Shown: one piece after another, positions 29,811-41,072 of the stretch
Numbering within the stretch: the first letter of the stretch is position 1
Layout: each line of letters begins with the position of its first letter
Origin: Nymphaea colorata
Lineage: Eukaryota
DNA: 64,000 bases
Direction of reading: 5' to 3'
Assembly (NCBI RefSeq): GCF_008831285.2
Contig: NC_045138.2
Coordinates: 11,842,001-11,906,000 of the forward strand
Program-made: the position numbers and the translations under genes
Notes under the pieces: model-generated
Told to the model about the DNA's origin: nothing
What the model saw: the letters and a program-made list of their open reading frames with translations, nothing else
The model's database searches: none

Positions 29811-31318
29811 TGTTAGAATGTATGTATCCCATATGTATACATATATACATTTATATATATCACATATATTAGTCATCTAATATATGCTTTATATATATAT
29901 ATATATATTTTATATTTTGGGTACTTAGGACACTTATGTAATTTTCACTTTCTTTATGTATTTTTTCTTTATGTATTATTTTCTGTTTTCCCCTTTTATC
30001 CCTCTCCTTTTTCTATTTTTCATAGAGGGAGACTAGTCCCAACGGCTAGATTTCTAGCCGTTGGGACTGCCTCCTCCTTCTTCTCTTTGGCCCTCTCCTC
30101 TATAAATAGGGCAGCTCTCCCATTGTTTTAAGTATGGCTTTTTAGCCTACTTCTTGTATCTCTTTGTGTGATTAATTTAAGTTCTTCACCTCTTGTTTGA
30201 GGGTTTGTGAGATTGACTTGTTGGTGAAAGCTTCAAGGCTGATATTACTTGAAGAGGTTGTTTCTTTGGGCCTGATTTACATGGTATCAGAGCCTCGTCT
30301 TTGGCTCTTTGTCTTGCTGCCATTCAAGATTGAAGGTTCAGTTTTTATTCTTGCGTTGGAGCTGTGAAGCACTCCAAGTGTTCGAGATATTGCTTGCTGC
30401 AGTTTTACACAAGAAGAAAAGTGTTTTTGCTGGCTTCTTTTTGGTGATTTCTTGACGAAATCTAGCTTCCTTGGTGGTGAGCTCGTGGCTGTTGAAAGGG
30501 TGACTGGTTTCTATCATTGTTGAGTTTTTATCCTTGCCGTGGACTTCTTTTCACGTGGTTGCCATCTTCTTCATAACTTGTAAGTGGATCTACCTTGTTG
30601 ATTGTGCCCATGGATGACAAAGTCTCTTCTCTTCCTTTTCCCAAACTCTCATCAACAAATTACATACAATGGGCTAGAACTATGGAACACTTTATTCGTA
30701 GTAAAAGCCTTTGGGGACTAGTTGATGGGACAAAACTTGAACCACAACTAGTCCTTACGAAAGTTGTTGATGGAAGGGCTATGGAATTGGATGCAACCGA
30801 AAAAGAGAAGGTAATGGCTGAATACAACAAAAAATGGGAAGAATGGAGTGTTGGTCATCACAAAATCATTACTTGGATCTTGACTTGTGTTGACAATGCT
30901 ACTAGCGGGCAAATCTCTAAATTAAATTCTGCCCTAGAAGCTTGGGAATATCTAAAGAAAATTCATACCATGAGAGATGTTGCTTATATGCATCATGTTC
31001 AACTCAAAATTCACAATCTTCAACAAGGAGATATATCCATTAAAGATTATGTGGCTGAAATGGATCAATTATATGATGAATTGAGTATTTTTGAACCACA
31101 TTGGACACAAGATCTTATTCTTAGAGAAAAACAAATACAACGTGAGAAGTTTTACAAGTTTATCATAGGTCTTAGACCGGAATTTGATGGTGTCAAAACC
31201 GCTTTACTTCATCGTTCTAAAACACCATCTATGAATGAGGCTATTTCGGAACTTCAAATGGAGGAAAATCGTCTTTGTCTTGATAAAGAGAAAGTCAACA
31301 ATGTGCTTGCCACATCTA
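29811..31318 (+). mobile_element. Duplicated 5' end of the Copia element: LTR (29811-30281), PBS and truncated gag
   Basis: Matches 33531-35038. TG...CA LTR, PBS TGGTATCAGAGC at 30282, gag ATG at 30610. The ORF runs across the junction into host sequence and stops at 31413. Confidence 0.95.
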
Positions 31319-31760
31319 AATTCACAATGTACAAGAGGACAGGCGTTTTTGTCTTTTGTGAACAAAATGGGGTAAATTCCCATATTTCACCTAATAATAT
31401 TAAGTACTTATAACAGTTTATCATACCAACTTTGCTGGTCATGCTTAAACAGTAGAATCATGGTGGCTTTAATGTTGTTTGCATCTGAAATAGCTGTATA
31501 GAAAACCAAGAACATGTTGTGGCCATACTCCTTTCTTTGTGCTCTCATAGTACTGGTCATCATGACTTGGTCTTAAGGGAGGGTATTATCCCTTCTCTTG
31601 TTAGTGTTTCTGTTACTGGAAATAAAAATGGGAAGAAAAGGTGCCCTCAAATTGCTCAAGTATCTGAGGGACCTGAGGCATAGCTATTTTGAGGAAGACA
31701 TGACACCTTATATGAATGTTCGGTGTGAAATACTAATAACTCAATAATCCTTGCCCCATG
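31314..31760 (+). pseudogene. Duplicated 3' fragment of the U-box/ARM pseudogene
   Basis: Copy of 27594-28040, including the ARM segment (~31516-31625). Confidence 0.85.
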
Positions 31761-33754
31761 AAAAGAAGCTAGTGATAAGCATAAGCATCATTTCTTCGTA
31801 TGCTTAGTTGACTATGCTTGTCTTTTGAGTTTTTGAACAAACACTGGGGATGAGAGAAGCAATTACATGCTGAGGTCATTTGCGTGTAGATAGGCATTGT
31901 AACTCTTGATTCAATTGGGTATTTTGGCCGGTTGACAACCAAGTTGGCTGTCATGTTTGAGATCCTTCAAATCTTATGTTGGTCTTCTCATGGGTTTCAT
32001 GCATGTGTGGTGGACTTCATGCTTCATTTTGTAAGAACTTGAAAGGTCATTGAAAGTCATTGGAGTTGACAAAATATTTCTTTGTAGGTCTGCCTTCATG
32101 TTTGACTTCATCCTGCTTGCCCCTGAAACAGTATATTTTTTATGCTCAACTAAAATTAGTTTATAATTATCAAATTTACAGCAGCTTTTGGTGAATCTCA
32201 ATGAGTGCAAGTGAGGTTTCATTTCAGAGAAACATTCAATATGAGAATTAGAGAGTACATAATACTAATTCAAGGTGAAGTTTTCTTGCGGACAAACTGT
32301 GAAAAACTGGAACTACAAAAATGAAAACAAAAAGAAACTAACTTGCAGCAGAAAGGGCAGAATTGACCTGGTCCTGCTCAAGATCTTAGCTCGTAAGGAG
32401 AAATTTACTAACAAACATAGCAAGAGTCTCCAGAGTTTCCTGTTGCTTTAGCCAAGCAACAACATTTCTAGCTGATTTCAAAGGAAGCCATGTTAATGCA
32501 TGGAAACATCATAGTCTCATACAGAAACTCAGTAAGACATTGAAGAACAAAATTTGAAAGACATTTCATGTGGCCCTTAAACATTTGAGTGGGACTGATT
32601 AGCACTCTGGTTGTAGTGTGTTAACTTGATGCTGAAATGGGGTGGTGAGCTTTGATGCATCTCTTGGTGATCTTCATGTGACTGACTATTGTGCAACATG
32701 GTAAGCTATAGAGACCATATTCTACGATCTGCTGAACTAACTGCTTCTACGATCTGCTGAACTAACTGCAAGAATTTGGAGTAGATTAAACATGATAGAC
32801 AAAAGCCGTCAGTCTTGAATGTATCAATACTAATACCCAGCAGCAATTACAAATGTAGGAGAAACTCAATATATTTCTAATCAAAACAAATATTGTAAAA
32901 AGAAATGGCTGTCTAAAATAAGTTGATCCAGCAAGTGAAGAATAATAGCCTGGCCAATAATCTACTTTTTCACCTTCGATAGTCAACTTGTTCCATTAGT
33001 TCGTGTCAACTAACGAAGCATGTCTCCCTGCTCCTATTGTGTCCAGCATGTCTCTCTGCTCCTATTGTGTCCATAAACACGTAACCCCTTGGACCATCCC
33101 ATACTAGAAAAAAGTTACAAAAATGTTTGTCAACATACAAGAATGAAACCACTTAACTGAGGACAATACTATGCCTTACTTAAATTATTTTAAACAAATG
33201 AATAAGCATAAAATGTAAATTATTGGAGAACCTTACCAAAGTTCATAACCCAAAATCAGCATATCTGGATGTGGAAAGCACGTGAAAAGACATCATTTTA
33301 ATAATTAAAAACTGCATATTAAAGCTTACACAAGGTCAATGCAGTTTCACCAAAAACAGGAAACAATAACAATAAAAGTTGCAGCAAATACATACGTTGA
33401 TCAATTATGTTTTTATCGAGAACAATCCCCATAGTCAATGGTCAAGAAAGGAAAACATGATGACGACGCATAAGATATGCAGCATCTTCTTTGGAACTTC
33501 CAATAATCCTGCCAAATTACAGAAAGAGGGTGTTAGAATGTATGTATCCCATATGTATACATATATACATTTATATATATCACATATATTAGTCATCTAA
33601 TATATGCTTTATATATATATATATATATTTTATATTTTGGGTACTTAGGACACTTATGTAATTTTCACTTTCTTTATGTATTTTTTCTTTATGTATTATT
33701 TTCTGTTTTCCCCTTTTATCCCTCTCCTTTTTCTATTTTTCATAGAGGGAGACT

Positions 33755-33830
33755 AGTCCCAACGGCTAGATTTCTAGCCGTTGGGACTGCCTCCTCCTTC
33801 TTCTCTTTGGCCCTCTCCTCTATAAATAGG
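33755..33830 (+). promoter_or_regulatory. LTR promoter: 16-bp-arm palindrome followed by TATA box (also present in the other two LTR copies)
   Basis: AGTCCCAACGGCTAGA-TT-TCTAGCCGTTGGGACT at 33755-33788; CTCTATAAATAGG at ~33818-33830. Confidence 0.75.
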
Positions 33831-34329
33831 GCAGCTCTCCCATTGTTTTAAGTATGGCTTTTTAGCCTACTTCTTGTATCTCTTTGTGTGATTAATTTAA
33901 GTTCTTCACCTCTTGTTTGAGGGTTTGTGAGATTGACTTGTTGGTGAAAGCTTCAAGGCTGATATTACTTGAAGAGGTTGTTTCTTTGGGCCTGATTTAC
34001 ATGGTATCAGAGCCTCGTCTTTGGCTCTTTGTCTTGCTGCCATTCAAGATTGAAGGTTCAGTTTTTATTCTTGCGTTGGAGCTGTGAAGCACTCCAAGTG
34101 TTCGAGATATTGCTTGCTGCAGTTTTACACAAGAAGAAAAGTGTTTTTGCTGGCTTCTTTTTGGTGATTTCTTGACGAAATCTAGCTTCCTTGGTGGTGA
34201 GCTCGTGGCTGTTGAAAGGGTGACTGGTTTCTATCATTGTTGAGTTTTTATCCTTGCCGTGGACTTCTTTTCACGTGGTTGCCATCTTCTTCATAACTTG
34301 TAAGTGGATCTACCTTGTTGATTGTGCCC

Positions 34330-37300
34330 ATGGATGACAAAGTCTCTTCTCTTCCTTTTCCCAAACTCTCATCAACAAATTACATACAATGGGCTAGAAC
34401 TATGGAACACTTTATTCGTAGTAAAAGCCTTTGGGGACTAGTTGATGGGACAAAACTTGAACCACAACTAGTCCTTACGAAAGTTGTTGATGGAAGGGCT
34501 ATGGAATTGGATGCAACCGAAAAAGAGAAGGTAATGGCTGAATACAACAAAAAATGGGAAGAATGGAGTGTTGGTCATCACAAAATCATTACTTGGATCT
34601 TGACTTGTGTTGACAATGCTACTAGCGGGCAAATCTCTAAATTAAATTCTGCCCTAGAAGCTTGGGAATATCTAAAGAAAATTCATACCATGAGAGATGT
34701 TGCTTATATGCATCATGTTCAACTCAAAATTCACAATCTTCAACAAGGAGATATATCCATTAAAGATTATGTGGCTGAAATGGATCAATTATATGATGAA
34801 TTGAGTATTTTTGAACCACATTGGACACAAGATCTTATTCTTAGAGAAAAACAAATACAACGTGAGAAGTTTTACAAGTTTATCATAGGTCTTAGACCGG
34901 AATTTGATGGTGTCAAAACCGCTTTACTTCATCGTTCTAAAACACCATCTATGAATGAGGCTATTTCGGAACTTCAAATGGAGGAAAATCGTCTTTGTCT
35001 TGATAAAGAGAAAGTCAACAATGTGCTTGCCACATCTAGGCCGGGGGCCCACTTGAGACCTTATAGACCTCCTCACTTCAATCGTACAAATGAAGGAACA
35101 AGGAGAAAAATTATTTGCTATCATTGTCAAGAAGAAGGACATACCAAGCCAAGATGTCCAAAACTTAGAATTTTTGATAAAAGAAGCAATGTTGCGGCTC
35201 AAATTCAAGAAGAGAAGAAAGAAGCAAGTTCATTCCAACTTGAGCAACTCATAAGTGCTCTTCAACCTTTTCTAAAAGGAGGAAGCACACCTTCGACTTT
35301 GGGAGCGACCGTGGCATCTACTTCTTCAAGTAAGTACTCTTGGATTATTGATTCGGGTGCATATTTTCATATGACTCCTTATGAATCCCTTCTCACCGAA
35401 TGCACTAAAAATGATTCTTATTCCTTTGTGAAAACGGCGGATGGTACCTCTCTTGAAATTGATTTTATTGGAAATCTTGACCTAGCTTTTGGATCCAAAA
35501 TTTTAAAAGTACCTCAAGTAAGACATATTCCTAAATTAAACTTAAATTTATTGTCCGTTTCTCAAATAGCCGACCTTGGTTTTGATGTAATCTTCTCACA
35601 ATCCAAATGTTTTATACAGGATCGGATATCCAAGAAGATGATTGGGGAAGGTTTTAGAACAAATAATCTCTACTACATAGACTTTTTGGACCTTTCAAGA
35701 CCATCTTGCAATATCTCCAAAGAATGTGACATTCAAACTTGGCATCAAAGACTTGGACATTCCAATATAGAAAAAATGTCTCATCTTCCATTCATGGAGA
35801 ATTTTTGTCAAAAGAACTTTGATTGTAATGATTGTATTAAGGCTAAAATGAAAGCCTTACCTTTTGATAATAGAAATTTTATTGCCCAAAAATCTTTTGA
35901 TTTGGTGCATTCGGATGTGTGGGGACCCGCTCCTATTATGTCAAAAGGAGGATTATTGTACTATGTGATCTTTATTGATGATTATTCTAGGCATACTTGG
36001 GTTTATTTTCTCAAGCACAAATCGGAAGTATTCACAAACTTTAAGAATTTCTACAACATGATCTATACCCAATTTGGCTCAAATATCAAAGTCTTTAGAA
36101 GTGATTCGGGAGGAGAATTTATGTCAAATGATTTTCAACAATTTCTAAAAGAAAAAGGCATTGTTCATCAAAGATCTTGTCCTAACACTCCACAACAAAA
36201 CGGAGTGGCCGAACGTAAACATAGGCACATTATTGAAACTACTAGAGCCCTTCTTTTATCTAAAAATGTTCCCAAAAACTTTTGGGCCGAGGCTGTTTTG
36301 ACTTCAACCTATTTAATTAATAGAATGCCTACCAAACTTTTGAAACATATTTCTCCTTTTGAAAGACTTCATCATGTTAAACCTAATTACAATAGACTTA
36401 AAGTCTTTGGTTGCAAATGTTTTGTGTTAAGTGACAAAGACGATAAGCTTTCCTCCAAAGCTATTTGTTGTGTTTTTATTGGGTATTCCGAAACTCAAAA
36501 GGGTTATAGATGTTATGATATTAAAAAAGATAAAGTTTATGTTTCTAGAAATGTGATCTTTTTAGAAAATGAAGATGGTTTCAAAGATGAACCCAAGAAA
36601 CTAGAAGATTATACTTTTCTTTGGACTAATGATATTGATGATGATGATGATATTGATGATGATGAACCCGATAAAGGTATAGAGGTACCAATTGAAGAAG
36701 TCAACAATGATAATTCTACTCATATCATCCCTCCAAAAGAGATCTTAGTTTATAGAAGAAGAGACCCCCAAAATCAAGAAACTAATCAATCTCTTCCTAG
36801 GAGATCCCAAAGGCACATTAGGCCTCCTCAAAGATTTGTCTCTTATGAGTCTTTTTCTCCAAAATTTCGAGCTTGTATTATGGCACATCATTCTTTTCAT
36901 GAGCCATCTTCTTACCTTGAAGCTAAAGAAGATCCCAATTGGATTAAAGCCATGAATCTTGAGCTTAAAGCTCTTGAAAGCAATGAAACTTGGGATATTG
37001 TGCCTCTACCAACGGGGAAAAAGACTATTGGTTGTAGATGGATCTATAAAATCAAAACTAGAAGTGATGGAACCTTAGAAAGATATAAGGCCAGACTTGT
37101 TGCCAAGGGATATGCTCAAGAATATGGGATTGATTATGAAGAAACCTTTGCTCCTGTTGCTCGCATGACTTCTGTTAGAACCCTTATTGCCATTGCCTCT
37201 GTTAAACATTGGACTATTTTTCAAATGGATGTTAAAAATGCTTTCTTAAATGGTCACCTACAAGAAGAAGTTTTCATGAGTGCTCCCCCTGGTTTTGATC

Positions 37301-38421
37301 TACCCCAAAACAAAGTTTTACGCCTTAAGAAAGCTCTTTATGGTTTAAAACAAGCTCCCAAAGCCTGGTTTGACAAGTTTAGTAGTGTCATGTTTAATCA
37401 AGGTTTTAAATTTTGCTACTCTGATACTGCCATGTTTGTAAAAACTACCTCCGTAGGTGTAATTGTTTTATTACTGTATGTTGATGATATGGTTATTACT
37501 GGGAGTGATGATGAAGGGATTATAGAGGTAAAACACTTTCTTAGCAAATGTTTTCAAATGACTGATTTGGGAAGACTAACTTATTTTCTTGGAATTGAAG
37601 TTGCTTATAGCAAACAAGGTTATCTTCTTTCTCAAATGAAGTTTGCTAGTGAATTAGTTGACAGAACAGGTATCTCAGATGACAAAGTTGTGGATACTCC
37701 AGCAGCACTGGGAGTAAAAATGAAAATTGATGATGGAGAGATATTGGAGAATCCCACTCCTTTTCGGCAAATAGTTGGCGCTCTCTCTTATCTCTCCATC
37801 ACCAGACCTGACATTGCTCATGCTGTGCATGTGATAAGCCAATTTCAACAAAGACCCACCTCAGTCCATATGGGAGCGGCAATGCGGATTGTCCGTTATG
37901 TGAAAAACACTATCAACAAAGGACTATTTCTGTCTTCTTCTTCTATATTAGAATTAGTTGCGTATACAGATGCTGATTGGGGTGGAGATCCCAATAATAG
38001 GCACTCCACCACTGGTTTTTGTGTGTTTTTAGGTGACTCCTTAATTTCCTGGCGATGCAAGAAACAGAATAAGGTATCGCTATCATCAACAGAAGCTGAA
38101 TATCGAGCAATGGCAACTACAACAATGGAGATAGTGTGGCTCAAAAGCTTACTGAAAGATATGGGAATTCATATTACGAATCCTGTCAAGCTTTGTTGCG
38201 ACAACAAAAGTGCAATCTATATTGCTAGCAATCACACATTCCATGAAAGAACAAAGCATATAGAGATGGACTGCCATTATGTTCGTGAAGAGTTCCTTCA
38301 GAAAAACATAGATCTCTCCTATGTCCAATCAGAGTATCAACTTGGCGATTTCTTCACTAAACCTCTCGCTGCTACCAGATTTAATTTTCTCCTTGGCAAA
38401 CTTTCGGTTATCACACCGTAA
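34330..38421 (+). CDS. Copia Gag-Pol polyprotein, 1363 aa, uninterrupted
   Basis: First ATG at 34330. Gag with CCHC knuckle CYHCQEEGHTKPRC, protease WIIDSGAYFHM, integrase WHQRLGH..CNDC / VHSDVWGP / RSDSGGEF / NGVAERKHRH, RT LLYVDDM, RNase H YTDADWGG / STEAEY / CDNKSAI. The PR-INT-RT-RH order defines Copia. Confidence 0.98.
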   Translation: MDDKVSSLPFPKLSSTNYIQWARTMEHFIRSKSLWGLVDGTKLEPQLVLTKVVDGRAMELDATEKEKVMAEYNKKWEEWSVGHHKIITWILTCVDNATSGQISKLNSALEAWEYLKKIHTMRDVAYMHHVQLKIHNLQQGDISIKDYVAEMDQLYDELSIFEPHWTQDLILREKQIQREKFYKFIIGLRPEFDGVKTALLHRSKTPSMNEAISELQMEENRLCLDKEKVNNVLATSRPGAHLRPYRPPHFNRTNEGTRRKIICYHCQEEGHTKPRCPKLRIFDKRSNVAAQIQEEKKEASSFQLEQLISALQPFLKGGSTPSTLGATVASTSSSKYSWIIDSGAYFHMTPYESLLTECTKNDSYSFVKTADGTSLEIDFIGNLDLAFGSKILKVPQVRHIPKLNLNLLSVSQIADLGFDVIFSQSKCFIQDRISKKMIGEGFRTNNLYYIDFLDLSRPSCNISKECDIQTWHQRLGHSNIEKMSHLPFMENFCQKNFDCNDCIKAKMKALPFDNRNFIAQKSFDLVHSDVWGPAPIMSKGGLLYYVIFIDDYSRHTWVYFLKHKSEVFTNFKNFYNMIYTQFGSNIKVFRSDSGGEFMSNDFQQFLKEKGIVHQRSCPNTPQQNGVAERKHRHIIETTRALLLSKNVPKNFWAEAVLTSTYLINRMPTKLLKHISPFERLHHVKPNYNRLKVFGCKCFVLSDKDDKLSSKAICCVFIGYSETQKGYRCYDIKKDKVYVSRNVIFLENEDGFKDEPKKLEDYTFLWTNDIDDDDDIDDDEPDKGIEVPIEEVNNDNSTHIIPPKEILVYRRRDPQNQETNQSLPRRSQRHIRPPQRFVSYESFSPKFRACIMAHHSFHEPSSYLEAKEDPNWIKAMNLELKALESNETWDIVPLPTGKKTIGCRWIYKIKTRSDGTLERYKARLVAKGYAQEYGIDYEETFAPVARMTSVRTLIAIASVKHWTIFQMDVKNAFLNGHLQEEVFMSAPPGFDLPQNKVLRLKKALYGLKQAPKAWFDKFSSVMFNQGFKFCYSDTAMFVKTTSVGVIVLLLYVDDMVITGSDDEGIIEVKHFLSKCFQMTDLGRLTYFLGIEVAYSKQGYLLSQMKFASELVDRTGISDDKVVDTPAALGVKMKIDDGEILENPTPFRQIVGALSYLSITRPDIAHAVHVISQFQQRPTSVHMGAAMRIVRYVKNTINKGLFLSSSSILELVAYTDADWGGDPNNRHSTTGFCVFLGDSLISWRCKKQNKVSLSSTEAEYRAMATTTMEIVWLKSLLKDMGIHITNPVKLCCDNKSAIYIASNHTFHERTKHIEMDCHYVREEFLQKNIDLSYVQSEYQLGDFFTKPLAATRFNFLLGKLSVITP

Positions 38422-40689
38422 GTTTGAGGGGGGGTGTTAGAATGTATGTATCCCATATGTATACATATATACATTTATATATATCACATATATTAGTCAT
38501 CTAATATATGCTTTATATATATATATATATTTTATATTTTGGGTACTTAGGACACTTATGTAATTTTCACTTTCTTTATGTATTTTTTCTTTATGTATTA
38601 TTTTCTGTTTTCCCCTTTTATCCCTCTCCTTTTTCTATTTTTCATAGAGGGAGACTAGTCCCAACGGCTAGATTTCTAGCCGTTGGGACTGCCTCCTCCT
38701 TCTTCTCTTTGGCCCTCTCCTCTATAAATAGGGCAGCTCTCCCATTGTTTTAAGTATGGCTTTTTAGCCTACTTCTTGTATCTCTTTGTGTGATTAATTT
38801 AAGTTCTTCTTCACCTCTTGTTTGAGGGTTTGTGAGATTGACTTGTTGGTGAAAGCTTCAAGGCTGATATTACTTGAAGAGGTTGTTTCTTTGGGCCTGA
38901 TTTACAGAGGGTTCATTACATTAGAGACATAGTATTTTAAGTTAAAAAGCCTCTCTGTCTCCGAGGTTATATATAATGATTATAATGGAGGAATACACTC
39001 ATCTTGACTTGCCACAAGATTAGTAAAAAAAATATATGTTTAAGTAAGAGAATGGACAATTCGTGGTAGAAAGGTTTAAATCCTTCAACAAGAGAGAAAA
39101 TTCAATTATCTCTAGGTCCGTCACCACCAGCGGAAAAATGTATTCTTGTTTGCATCATGTTCAAGATGAAGGAATGGAACTGAAAAGTTATATATACATC
39201 TGCAGCTCATGCCCCTGTTCCAACATTGCTCCTCCCCATCAACAACTTTGAGCAATGGTATGCATGTCCATCTTCAAATCGCTCGTTTTTGGGGCTATCC
39301 GCTCAGCCGTTCAGGTTGTGAAAAAATGCACTTCCATTTTTCATCTCTTGATGCCCTCTTGGAATGTAAATACTATTCTTGAACTCCCTTTACTATTACA
39401 AGATCTCTCGTTTGGATTCGTCTTTGCACATGAAGTTTTTGGTTGTTTGGGTTTTGGGGATGCCCTTTCACCGATGGCACTGTAAGATTTAGATGCATGC
39501 TACAAGGTGTAAAACTTGCCTTATTTTTATCTTTTATGAAAGCAAAAATAACGTTGAAGATCATGAACTTTTATTTTGTTTTTGATTATTTACCTACCTG
39601 CATGTCATTGCAAGTTGCTCTTGCTTTTCACTTCTTTTTCATTACTTTTAGCACCTTAGATATGGTGCATGCAGAAGGGCATTCTTTGGTTTCACCTTAA
39701 GGGAAGAGATTAACTGAGGTTACTATTATAGATGCCATTTTTAAGAAACATAACATTACCTGTGATGACACCTTATAATTAGCATATGCAAAATCCATGC
39801 CAAACCCCATCCCTGGTTGCACCTCAAAACAACAAATTGCCTGATGTGCAAACAAGGTGCACCCATTTAAGAAACCTTATGTGGGAAGATAGAGCAAAGA
39901 AGAGAAATGTAATCATCAATTTAGTCGGTCAACTAATGGCGAGCTCTTCTGGTTACACAAGTTTTCAATGTAAATGTGGATAGCCAGCTATCATTCATAC
40001 AGTAAAAGATGATCGAAATTCAAGAAGGTTGTTTATAGATGTCAGAATTATGTATGTATTGGTGCACTGAACTATTAGTTTTCATTGCATTGAACTTAAA
40101 TTGTAACCTTCTATTTGACAATTTTATAGGGAACGACGAGATTTGGTCGCTTCTTTCAATGGTATTGCAACAAAAACGATTCTTACTTGTCAAAAGAAGA
40201 GAATGTAAAGTTTTTGACCGACCGATTAGAAGATGCACAAGAAGACATGTTACGCTTGAATGAGAAAAATTGCAAAACAGGATCGTGCAAGTGATCTTGA
40301 AGTCACATATGTATGAGGAAGAAATGAATGGAATAAGGAAGTTGCATTGCTTTCCCTGTGAGCACGCAAGGCCACAAGCTAACTTCTCAATCTTCAACTC
40401 TACAAAATCACCTAAAACCTGTTGTTTACCTAAGCAACAACTCAATAGCTTGAGTTCACATTCAATCTTAAGAACATATTGAACCTGGTTTCATTCAAAC
40501 ATATGAAAACTAAAATGTTGCTGAAACCATTGTACATGCTCGATGGAACCATAGCAGTAGAAAATCTCAAAGTTTGAATTCTACATCTCCACCTGTAGGT
40601 TGTTCAAGGACCATGTATATTTAAATAAAGATGCAGAACTGCAGAGAGATTATAACATTGATTCAGAAATTATGATATGCTTAACTATA

Positions 40690-41013
40690 GAAATGCATTT
40701 CAGTTGGACTTTAGCAGCAAACTAGAGGACATCCTAACACTTTATCATCACCAAGGTTCACATGAAAAATATGACCCTTGCTAGTTGGCATATGTTCAGC
40801 CCAAAAAAGCACTAGATCAAACTCACGAATGGGCTAGCTGCAGGCAAACAAAAACTAAATTCAACACAGCTTCATCCATGCAGACTTTTTAACTCATAAC
40901 AAATATATTTTAAAGTACATTGTTTTCGAATTAAGGTCTACAGTTTGCAATTAACCAAATTTTACTGCCTAGAAGGTTGCAAGTTTCAAAAATGTCTTTA
41001 TTTTGTAAATGAG

Positions 41014-41072
<59 letters not shown>

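Larger units (their letters stand above)
27594..35038. repeat. 3,720-bp near-perfect tandem duplication
   Basis: 27594-31318 repeats as 31314-35038, and the ORF track repeats with a +3720 offset. Junction microhomology ATCTA at 27594, 31314 and 35034. I noticed one difference by eye (29078 C vs 32798 G). Confidence 0.97.
33531..38906 (+). mobile_element. Intact Ty1/Copia LTR retrotransposon, 5,376 bp (size and organisation fit the Ale clade)
   Basis: 5' LTR 33531-34001 (471 bp) and 3' LTR 38435-38906 (472 bp), both TGTTAG...TTTACA. 5-bp TSD GAGGG at 33526-33530 and 38907-38911. tRNA-iMet PBS TGGTATCAGAGC at 34002-34013. PPT GAGGGGGGG at 38426-38434. Clade assignment is inference. Confidence 0.98.

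Noticed and set aside
39063..40482. Several 60-140 aa ORFs right of the Copia element
   Set aside because: No recognisable domain or consistent splice structure.
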